Shown here piece after piece: positions 56,701 to 64,000 of a DNA stretch of 64,000 bases. How positions within the stretch are numbered: position 1 is the first letter of the stretch; each line of letters starts with the position of its first letter. The position numbers were made by a program, and so were the translations under genes. This DNA is from Alphaproteobacteria bacterium. Its GTDB lineage: Bacteria; Pseudomonadota; Alphaproteobacteria; RF32; CAG-239. Under the pieces are notes generated by a model. It was not told the DNA's origin, did no database searches, and saw only the letters and a list, made by a program, of their open reading frames with translations. The DNA is taken from the NCBI GenBank assembly GCA_045116295.1, contig JBGULQ010000012.1, positions 25,678-89,677 on the forward strand. Direction: 5' to 3'.

Positions 56701-57839
56701 AGATCACGAATATCCTGATCCCTATAGTGTGTCTTCACTGCTTTAACATCTGCAATCACATCAAACTCGCTATTCGGCACATAGTCTTTTCCATCATATT
56801 TATTCCAAAAACGCTTGATAGCATCCAAAACCAAATCAGCATTAAGTTCTGTCATATTAAAAGCAACATCTACACGACGCCTCTCCGCTTCACCATCAAT
56901 TTTTTTCTTAACTCTCGGAATCAAAACATTACCGGCACCGACGCTGCCGTTATACTTAATCACTACATTAGACAACTCAACTTGGTTTTTATCACTCTTC
57001 ACTGCCAAAGACATTGCCAACGGATGTTCATATTCCTCTGACAAACGCACATCATTAAACGTAGAATTTGCAAAATTAATTGGATTTTTAGCCTCAATCG
57101 TAACATTTCCGTTTATCGCATCATTTCTCAGCAACAACGTTCCGTCAAAACGAGCATAACTCTCCGACTGCGGGTGGCTGATAACGACAGTAACCGGAGT
57201 AGCAAAACTCTCTGAGAACTTTCCTAAATCCAGTGCAAAACCGCCGGGAACATTTCTTTTTACGTAACTTCCCTCGATTCTATAAGGTCCGAAAATACTA
57301 TCCGCGACAATATCCGCCTTTACATTATCAAGAACGGAGTGAAAATCATATTTCTTGCTGATAAAATGCACTTTTGCCCCTTCAAGACGGACACTGCCGA
57401 AAGACATATCAATATTAGTAATTTCAAAATCCTGCTCCGGCTTATTAGATTCCCAGTTCAGTTGCCCGCTTTCCATCATCTCAACAAAAATCTCGGGTTT
57501 GATAATTTTCATTTTATCAACATTAAAGCGTCCTCTAAATAACGAATTTAGTGACAGATTAGCAACCAATTTAGATATTTTTGCTAATACAACCTTATTA
57601 CCATCGGCATCAATATTGTACATATTGACATCATCTGCCTCCAAATACGGAGATGGCAACAGACTGAAACTGACCGCTCCGTCAAACGAAACTTCCTTTC
57701 CTGTTGCCTCTGAAAACTGCCGGGATATTATGGTTTTATGCTTGTTCCAATCTATCATATTCAAATAAATTGTCAGCCCGACAACTGCAATTATAATTAA
57801 TGACAACAATCCGAGAACAATTTTCTTAAACATACCCAT
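53775..57839 (-). CDS. AsmA family protein with long C-terminal coiled coil
   Basis: N-terminal TM, IDWNKHK..ATGKEV..SLLPSP AsmA start, beta-rich body, GETAFDSL. Confidence 0.8.
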   Translation of the reverse strand: MGMFKKIVLGLLSLIIIAVVGLTIYLNMIDWNKHKTIISRQFSEATGKEVSFDGAVSFSLLPSPYLEADDVNMYNIDADGNKVVLAKISKLVANLSLNSLFRGRFNVDKMKIIKPEIFVEMMESGQLNWESNKPEQDFEITNIDMSFGSVRLEGAKVHFISKKYDFHSVLDNVKADIVADSIFGPYRIEGSYVKRNVPGGFALDLGKFSESFATPVTVVISHPQSESYARFDGTLLLRNDAINGNVTIEAKNPINFANSTFNDVRLSEEYEHPLAMSLAVKSDKNQVELSNVVIKYNGSVGAGNVLIPRVKKKIDGEAERRRVDVAFNMTELNADLVLDAIKRFWNKYDGKDYVPNSEFDVIADVKAVKTHYRDQDIRDLDISVDFVDNVWTLQNMTMQLPYDGIVKAKGEVFSTEKVMTFNFDVDTAVTEFAKTAQWLGYDVKPLSNALYKQASAKFTISGNQQTIKVAPFVFNVDKTGVTGKLGLVRGEKNKYFVIAESDRINFDNYVENMPEDVADKNWEEKIKYRFSQLGGLKDKDVEFRLTLNSGVWGQVPFEKAYAEGVLKNGIMKLNDFEIDEIATAQVALKGEISGFGAKPAVKQMKYGIEIKDNEKFAKKLKMDFPSINLKNLSPLTSKGIVSGDFDRARLKFATKLGDIDNKFNGEVSRGENSYVWDGRVELYSSDFVRMLNNFSIDYHPNYPLGLFRFVADVKGNFDNVSCKNVDTNVGSNNFKGEMTYSKIGKLKSVKAVANANSIEFDKFFYNTNAEEDAFRPRSDKVPFLGKPILSKAKIDYEWLKDWYIDATVKSDSLLIGDMTLKNASWVMKLADSVLNVTQFSADDGDGRVTGEFLFNVPENSRLSGKLSLHDVAMNKDRWSGLSYGLLRGVLNSDFEFSTNMSSFDSALTQLSGKGTFNIVKPLVKGWDMNVIDLDLEGRTSGDGMKVMLQENLSRGETAFDSLSGDFELNGGNFVVNNALFSSDNVDVEATAKGNLGEWMGNASFLVSFKNDPSLEGLRFSLDGTINAPSLDVDVSKLNEVYVQREKKIAEEAKAVENAKVEKYRALMGLQQEFVEKSRISLYEKIMPEYRDNSEKAENKDIKEEYEKLNEKIKGVNSEIRDIVSQKNTPVVTDDLIAKLQKQNEGIADKLKVIAADLRELHLKDVNLRVSDYYGKVVDRVKQQSVLSSDYSDAKLGFEERLSKITTQYAIDKDVKAKNIRQKLERLMFEVEKNYTQVRRDSITAQGIQDAALLENYASNFKSAYELIDKDMDEMKDLIDEYKSHIDAEIRSEEAKYYKKQKEEAIKQKISANTGKIATAGGKTVTFEPDLEDIERMEELIKKEGRRVLDFSDDK

Positions 57840-57948
57840 TACCCATTTTTGTTAGTTGTAAAATCAAAAAATATCTTTACTAAATATACAATTCAAGCAT
57901 ATTATAACAACATATTGATTAATAAAATACTTAAGGTCAAGTAATAAC

Positions 57949-58338
57949 ATGAAAAATATTCAACAACTTTTAAATCTTGCCCAAAAAGCCATGGAAAATG
58001 CCTATGCTCCGTACTCAAAACTCAGAGTTGGCGCAGCAATCATTGCTGACAACGGCAAGATATATTGTGGATGCAACACCGAGAACATTTCTTATCCGTG
58101 TGGAACTTGTGCCGAAACCGGTGCCATTGCCGCCATGGTCGCAGACGGAGGAAGATTAATTCAACAAATTGTTATCGTTTCCGACGGTGAAACAATGATT
58201 ACGCCCTGCGGAGCGTGCTTGCAAAGGATTAAAGAGTTTGCCGACACAAACACCGAGATTGTTTTGTTTGATACTGACCAAAACATACACTGCCACCACA
58301 TTGATGACCTGCTCCCCCACGCTTTTGAGGAATTTTAA
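57949..58338 (+). CDS. cdd: Cytidine deaminase
   Basis: AYAPYS, CAE, PCGAC. Confidence 0.95.
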   Translation: MKNIQQLLNLAQKAMENAYAPYSKLRVGAAIIADNGKIYCGCNTENISYPCGTCAETGAIAAMVADGGRLIQQIVIVSDGETMITPCGACLQRIKEFADTNTEIVLFDTDQNIHCHHIDDLLPHAFEEF

Positions 58339-58340
58339 CC

Positions 58341-59141
58341 ATGATTAACACCGACCAACTCAAACAACTTTTGCAAAACAGACATCCTGATACTGCCATC
58401 ATCCTTGGTTCGGGCCTAGGAGCAATTGCTGACAGCATACAAGATCAGCTTATAATAAAATATTCCGACATTGAAGGTTTTCCGACAAGCACAGTAACCG
58501 GACACAAAGGCCAAATGATTATCGGCAAAATCAACAAACAAGAAGTTTTGTGTATGCAAGGACGCTTTCACCTCTACGAAGGATATCAACCTTCAGTTAT
58601 AAAAGATGTAATCGGTGCCCTTAAGGCCGCAGGCATCACAAAACTCATAATCACTAACGCTGCAGGCTCGCTAAACTTTGATATTGCCCCCGGCAAAATA
58701 ATGCTCATAACTGATCACATCAACCTTTCGGGACGCAACCCCTTAATCGGTCCAAATGATGAAAATATTGGTCCTCGTTTTGTTGACATGACTGAAGCCT
58801 ATGACCACAAACTTACACAGCGTTTCAAAGAGCTTGCACGGCAACTAAAAATCTCTCTCCATACCGGTACATACCTTATGGTCACCGGTCCCAATTTTGA
58901 AACGCCTGCCGAAATCAAAGCATTTCGCACTCTCGGAGCCGATGCCGTTGGCATGTCCACCGTACCTGAAGTTATTTCTGCCGCATATTATGGTATAAAA
59001 ACAGTTGCCCTTTCTGTCATAACCAACTTTGGAGCCGGTATGCAAAACGAAAAGCTCAGCCACGAACAAACTTTAACCACCGCAGCACAAGGTCTTGAAG
59101 ATCTGACCTGCCTGATAAAAGCATATTTTACGGAGCAATAA
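58341..59141 (+). CDS. punA: Purine nucleoside phosphorylase (trimeric type)
   Basis: ILGSGLG, GRFHLYEG, GPNFETPAE, GMSTVPE. Confidence 0.95.
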   Translation: MINTDQLKQLLQNRHPDTAIILGSGLGAIADSIQDQLIIKYSDIEGFPTSTVTGHKGQMIIGKINKQEVLCMQGRFHLYEGYQPSVIKDVIGALKAAGITKLIITNAAGSLNFDIAPGKIMLITDHINLSGRNPLIGPNDENIGPRFVDMTEAYDHKLTQRFKELARQLKISLHTGTYLMVTGPNFETPAEIKAFRTLGADAVGMSTVPEVISAAYYGIKTVALSVITNFGAGMQNEKLSHEQTLTTAAQGLEDLTCLIKAYFTEQ

Positions 59142-59142
59142 A

Positions 59143-59880
59143 ATGCGTGACTTTGAATTGGCAAAACAACTAATCTCAAATCTCGACTTAACATCTTTGG
59201 GCAAAAATGACACTGACGATATTGTATCTGCCCTATGCTTGAAAGCACTCAATTCAACACCATCACCTGCCGCGGTATGCATATGGTCAAAATTTGTACC
59301 TCTTGCCACCAAAATCTTAAAAGACAGCAACATTTCCGTTGCAACCGTCGTCAATTTTCCGCGTGGCGGTACAGACATCAAAATGACCATCGCCGAGATA
59401 GTCAAAGCTTTATCCTTAGGGGCAGATGAAATTGATGCCGTATTTCCATATGAAGCTTTTCTGTCCGGCAACATTGACTTATGCCGCCAGTACCTTGAGG
59501 CTGTCACGCACGAAACAACCGGCTCAACTCTCAAAATTATTCTCGAGAGCGGTGCTTTTCCACATATTCGTCACTTGAAAGATGCTTGCCGACTTTGCCT
59601 TGAATACAACATTAGTTTTCTTAAGACTTCAACCGGAAAGACGGACATTTCTGCCACTCCCGAAGCAGCCAATGCCATACTTGAAACAATAAAAGAGAGC
59701 AAACACGAAGTCGGTTTCAAAGCCAGTGGAGGCATTAAAACTTTTGAACAGGCTCGCCAATATTTTTCACTTGCACAAAGCATTATGGGAACCAAATGGC
59801 CACTTGACACCGGACATTTTCGCATCGGTGCCAGCTCACTTCTTGATGACTTGAATGACACTATCAACAAAGGATTTTAA
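59143..59880 (+). CDS. deoC: Deoxyribose-phosphate aldolase
   Basis: LDLTSL, VVNFP, KTSTGK, FKASGG, RIGASSLL. Confidence 0.95.
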   Translation: MRDFELAKQLISNLDLTSLGKNDTDDIVSALCLKALNSTPSPAAVCIWSKFVPLATKILKDSNISVATVVNFPRGGTDIKMTIAEIVKALSLGADEIDAVFPYEAFLSGNIDLCRQYLEAVTHETTGSTLKIILESGAFPHIRHLKDACRLCLEYNISFLKTSTGKTDISATPEAANAILETIKESKHEVGFKASGGIKTFEQARQYFSLAQSIMGTKWPLDTGHFRIGASSLLDDLNDTINKGF

Positions 59881-59883
59881 AAT

Positions 59884-61194
59884 ATGTTGCCCCAAGAATT
59901 GATACGCAAAAAACGTGATCATCACTCCTTAAGCCCTGAAGAAATTAGTTTTTTTATTCAAGGCATTACTGCTGGCACAATCGCCGACAGCCAAATCGGA
60001 GCCATGACCATGGCAATGTTTCTGAATGGTATGAGCAAAAATGAAATTACCGCACTCACCCTCAATATGCGCGATTCCGGAGACACTCTTAAGTGGCACG
60101 GTCTCAATGGCCCGATAGTTGACAAACATTCTACCGGAGGTGTCGGTGATAAAATCAGCCTTATGTTAGCTCCAATGCTTGCTTCATGCGGTGCCTATGT
60201 TCCTATGATATCCGGACGTGGTCTTGGTCACACCGGTGGCACTCTTGATAAATTTGATTCCATTCCGGGTTACCAGACCTGTCCCGACAATTCTTTATTT
60301 GCAAAAACCGTCAAAAACGTCGGTTGCGCAATTATCGGTCAAACAGGCAACCTTGCACCTGCCGATAAAAAAATCTACGCCATTCGTGACGTCTGCGGCA
60401 CTGTTGAATCAATTCCTTTGATTACTGCCTCGATTCTCTCCAAAAAGCTTGCTGCCGGACTTGATTACCTTATTATGGACCTAAAATGTGGCAACGGCGC
60501 ATTTATGAATAATCGCAAAGATGCCCGCTCGTTAGCGCATTCCATAGTAGATGTTGCTAACAACGCCGGCACCGGCACCAAAGCAATTTTGACTGACATG
60601 AACCAAGTCTTAGGCTCTGCTGTTGGCAATGCTGTTGAAATGCAAGAAGCCGTTGACTATCTCAAAAATATAAACGTTGATTCGCGCCTGCACAAAATTA
60701 CTATGACGTTGTGTTCTGAACTTCTGGTTCAATCCAAATTGTTCAAATCTACCGATACAGCTGCAAAACAGTTACAAAAAAACATAGATTCCGGCTTAGC
60801 TCTCGAAATTTTTGCTCGTATGATTGCTTCTCTCGGAGGACCGAAAGATTTTGTTGAAAAAACTGAAAAATATTTACCTCAAAGCCATCTGAAGCTTCCG
60901 GTTTTTGCTGCACATTCCGGTTATATTTCCGCAATGGACACACGTAATATTGGTCTTGCTGTTATTGAGCTCAAAGGCGGGCGCACTCGCCCGGATCAAA
61001 AAATTGATCACGCCACCGGATTTACCGGTTTTTGCCAGATCGGAGACTTTGTTGACACACAAACACCTCTTGCTTATATCCATGCCGCCAATGACGCTGA
61101 TTATCAAAAAGCTGCCGATATTTTGCGTTCCAACATTATCATTTCCGAACAAAAGCCACGTAAAGGTAAAACCATTTTTGAGGTAATCGAATAA
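59884..61194 (+). CDS. deoA: Thymidine phosphorylase
   Basis: DKHSTGGVGD, SGRGLGHTGGTLDK. Confidence 0.96.
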   Translation: MLPQELIRKKRDHHSLSPEEISFFIQGITAGTIADSQIGAMTMAMFLNGMSKNEITALTLNMRDSGDTLKWHGLNGPIVDKHSTGGVGDKISLMLAPMLASCGAYVPMISGRGLGHTGGTLDKFDSIPGYQTCPDNSLFAKTVKNVGCAIIGQTGNLAPADKKIYAIRDVCGTVESIPLITASILSKKLAAGLDYLIMDLKCGNGAFMNNRKDARSLAHSIVDVANNAGTGTKAILTDMNQVLGSAVGNAVEMQEAVDYLKNINVDSRLHKITMTLCSELLVQSKLFKSTDTAAKQLQKNIDSGLALEIFARMIASLGGPKDFVEKTEKYLPQSHLKLPVFAAHSGYISAMDTRNIGLAVIELKGGRTRPDQKIDHATGFTGFCQIGDFVDTQTPLAYIHAANDADYQKAADILRSNIIISEQKPRKGKTIFEVIE

Positions 61195-61958
61195 TGCCGC
61201 ATATTTACAACGCTCCCAACCTTCCTGCAGTAAAACACGCTTTTTTCGGACGCACCGGCGGTTTTTCTAAAGGCATTCACCATAGCCTTAATTTTAACTA
61301 TCGTGGTTCGGACACCCCTGAAAACCTCAAGCGCAATCTCGATGTTGTCGGCACTTATTATGGGCTTTCCGGCAACAGAATTGTTCGCTTAAAACAATCT
61401 CATAGTTCAGTTGCCGTTTATCTCGATCATCCATCGCAATATCAAATTGAAGCTGATGGTGTTGTTACCGACAAAAAAAATATAGTTTTAGGCATTACTA
61501 CTGCCGACTGCATACCTGTTTTATTGGCCGACTACAAACATGGCATAATTGGGGCGGCCCATGCCGGTTGGCGCGGTGCCTTGGGCGGAGTTGTTGAAAA
61601 CACTGTTGCAATAATGCTCGAACATGGAGCTGAACTCAAAAACATTGCCGTCGCAACCGGCCCTTGTTTGCAAAAACAAAATTTTGAAACTCGTGACGAT
61701 ATGCGGGATTTGTTTATCGCTCAGTCACCTGAAAACGCACAATTTTTTACCCCAATTGATAACGGCAGGTATCTCTGTGATCTGGAACAATACGTCAGAC
61801 ATCGCCTTGAACAACTCGGAATAACCGATATTTCTCTTTCCGGCATTGATACATACTCTGACGACAAGCACTATTTCAGCTATCGCCGCTTTTGCCACCT
61901 CAACCTCATTAAACAACCCGGAGATTTTGGAATTGAACTATCCACCATTTGTTTGTAA
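61194..61958 (+). CDS. pgeF: YfiH/PgeF family protein
   Basis: TADCIP, AAHAGWRG, YFSYRR. Confidence 0.93.
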   Translation: MPHIYNAPNLPAVKHAFFGRTGGFSKGIHHSLNFNYRGSDTPENLKRNLDVVGTYYGLSGNRIVRLKQSHSSVAVYLDHPSQYQIEADGVVTDKKNIVLGITTADCIPVLLADYKHGIIGAAHAGWRGALGGVVENTVAIMLEHGAELKNIAVATGPCLQKQNFETRDDMRDLFIAQSPENAQFFTPIDNGRYLCDLEQYVRHRLEQLGITDISLSGIDTYSDDKHYFSYRRFCHLNLIKQPGDFGIELSTICL

Positions 61959-62667
61959 TGCTGCTCCGTTAAAACACTTTAACGAGCGCAAACACCCAAT
62001 TGAAATGCTTGTTATTCACTCCATGGCGCACAATGCTGTTGAAGGTATAGCCCGCCTTAATGAGCTTGAACTGAGCTCACACTATGTCATTGATTTTGAC
62101 GGCACGGTTTGGCAATGCGTTTCTGAAGACAAACGCGCATGGCATGCCGGCATAAGTTCATGGCGCGGACTTGACGACCTCAATTCACGCTCAATAGGTA
62201 TAGAGTTATGCCATCGAACACTTGGACAAAGTGCTTTTAACAAACGTCAAATACACTCCCTTATTCTGCTATGTCGTGAAATTATCGACCGCTGGCATAT
62301 TGCCCCCAACATGGTTGTCGGACATTCTGATATTGCACCAACCCGCAAGCCTGACCCCGGCAAAGCTTTTCCGTGGCAAGAACTTGCTGCCCACAATATT
62401 GGTATTTGGTATGGCAGCCGCTTTGCTGAAGAAAATGATGTCTCAAAAATGTTATCTTTCATCGGCTATGATATAACAAACCTTGAAGCCGCCGCTTATG
62501 CCTTTTGCCGTCGTTTTTTGCCCAACAAAGTTTCGACCATGCCGGTACGCGCACTTCTTGACCATCCATATCCTGAAAAATGCACTCAGATACTGCAAAA
62601 CGGTTCATTCATCAGCGCATTACAAAACATATATTCGCAATACAAACTTTTACGGCAGTTTGATTAA
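61927..62667 (+). CDS. N-acetylmuramoyl-L-alanine amidase (Amidase_2)
   Basis: LVIHSM, AWHAG, SIGIEL, GHSDIAPTRKPDPG; start placed at TTG 61927 after GGAG. Confidence 0.9.
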   Translation: MELNYPPFVCNAAPLKHFNERKHPIEMLVIHSMAHNAVEGIARLNELELSSHYVIDFDGTVWQCVSEDKRAWHAGISSWRGLDDLNSRSIGIELCHRTLGQSAFNKRQIHSLILLCREIIDRWHIAPNMVVGHSDIAPTRKPDPGKAFPWQELAAHNIGIWYGSRFAEENDVSKMLSFIGYDITNLEAAAYAFCRRFLPNKVSTMPVRALLDHPYPEKCTQILQNGSFISALQNIYSQYKLLRQFD

Positions 62668-62729
62668 TCATTTCTTAAATAAGTTGTGCTACTCTGCCCG
62701 CAAAATAAGAAAATGCGGAGATATAACCT

Positions 62730-64000
62730 ATGAAATCATTGTCAATTGCAACAATTCTCATGTCTGGTACGCTGTTAGCAGCATCTACTCATGCACTTGA
62801 GATCACCACAGACTATTTAGACAATTTGACTTCCCCAAACATCAGTTGGTCAGATTCTACCGGAACAGCAGTACAAATTGGAGATCAAACACTTTATTAC
62901 ACTTATACCAAACCGGCTGATTATACCGAAACTTCAGAAATATACTCTGAAAATACAGCTACTACAGACTATTATCACAAAGTTTTCACCGGTATTGAAG
63001 CCACAGACAGTAATGGCGTTGCAGTTCAATTTTACACCACTGCCGGTGATTTTTCACAAACGGATATCATCTCTGACTTTGTAAACAATACAACCACAAG
63101 CCCGTATACAGCTTATGGTCCCGCAATCGTAATAAGACGTGAACCGAGTAGCAACGAAAATCTTACTCTCGGTTCTATTGTTGGTGATTTTATCAACAAT
63201 AGTGTCACTGCCAACACAGCTGTTGGCGGAGCTATCTTCATTGCTCATGGAAACGGCGCAGCCGCAATCGTTAATGAAATTAACGGCAATTTTATTAATA
63301 ACTATACAAATTCGACCAGTTCAACACACGGTGGTGCAATAGACAACCATGGCACTATCAATAGCATAACCGGAAACTTTATATCTAACCGCGCCGAATC
63401 CCAGAACGGTTATGCAATCGGCGGTGCCTTAAGTAGTGAGAGCTTATCCGGTGACTATGAGAGCGGAATCGGCACCTTATCCGCCAACTTTATCGGCAAT
63501 GTTGTAAAATCCGGCAACAGTTACGCTCGCGGTGGCGGTTTATACACTACTGGGAACCTTGGCGAAATTATCAATTCAAGCTTTTTATATAACAGTGCAA
63601 TCGGTAATTCTGATTCAAGAGGTGGCGGTATTTACTCCTCCACAGATTTGCCGGTAACCGCAGACAATGGAACATCACTGTTTGAAGGCAACACCGTCAA
63701 TGGTCAATCAAATGCTATTTATATGGACGGCGGAAACACTGCAATCAATCTCAACCTCAAAGCTCTCAATAACGGTGTAATTACCTTCAATGATGACATT
63801 GACGGCAACAACTACAACATTAATATTCTAGGTTCGAATAATGGTGAAGTTGTATTCAACCAAAAAGTTGAGCACTTTAACAACTTAAACATTAGCGAAG
63901 AGGCAATTATGCATATAGGTCTGAACGCTAACGTTAGTGGTCAAAGCATGGTATTTACAAACACTTCTGGAAGCACTGAGGGGACAAAACCTATAATTAT
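62730..64000 (+). CDS. Pmp-like/autotransporter passenger-domain protein (runs off the window end)
   Basis: MKSLSIATILMSGTLLAASTHA signal peptide; repeated FxxN and GGA(I/L) motifs; GGAG RBS. Confidence 0.75.
   Translation, partial: MKSLSIATILMSGTLLAASTHALEITTDYLDNLTSPNISWSDSTGTAVQIGDQTLYYTYTKPADYTETSEIYSENTATTDYYHKVFTGIEATDSNGVAVQFYTTAGDFSQTDIISDFVNNTTTSPYTAYGPAIVIRREPSSNENLTLGSIVGDFINNSVTANTAVGGAIFIAHGNGAAAIVNEINGNFINNYTNSTSSTHGGAIDNHGTINSITGNFISNRAESQNGYAIGGALSSESLSGDYESGIGTLSANFIGNVVKSGNSYARGGGLYTTGNLGEIINSSFLYNSAIGNSDSRGGGIYSSTDLPVTADNGTSLFEGNTVNGQSNAIYMDGGNTAINLNLKALNNGVITFNDDIDGNNYNINILGSNNGEVVFNQKVEHFNNLNISEEAIMHIGLNANVSGQSMVFTNTSGSTEGTKPII

Noticed and set aside
61846-61926. Long overlap of the amidase ORF with pgeF
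   Set aside because: An in-frame TTG at 61927 with a GGAG RBS gives an ordinary short overlap

Overview
A compact, AT-rich chromosomal segment from an alphaproteobacterium. The ffh leader, the fliM-DUF6468-motE-like order, ftsE-ftsX-ydcF-plsC and the M23-bactofilin pair point to this class; a gut-associated RF32-like lineage is my inference. It is mostly housekeeping: uvrB, smpB, tadA, rluB, rsmD, ftsEX, argS, eno, gap-pgk, a complete rpsJ-to-rplO ribosomal cluster detached from tuf and secY, secA-ffh-rpsP-rimM-trmD-rplS, clpB, ychF-pth-rplY, galU, asmA, a cdd-punA-deoC-deoA-pgeF operon, and the start of a Pmp-like surface protein. The most unusual signals are: (1) a tRNA-Asp followed by tandem ~208-bp structured units that each end in the tRNA's 3' acceptor strand plus CCA and a terminator; (2) a stand-alone CD38-like ADP-ribosyl cyclase/NADase domain overlapping the clpB stop; (3) a C4-antisense-like structured RNA with promoter, upstream target boxes and terminator, in front of a lipoprotein gene with no prophage around it; (4) a duplication carrying a synonymously diverged orphan gene tail around an ankyrin gene; (5) a duplicated RPE-like palindrome; (6) orphan HNH and CHAP-like proteins inside housekeeping clusters. 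All family assignments are by eye; no searches were run.
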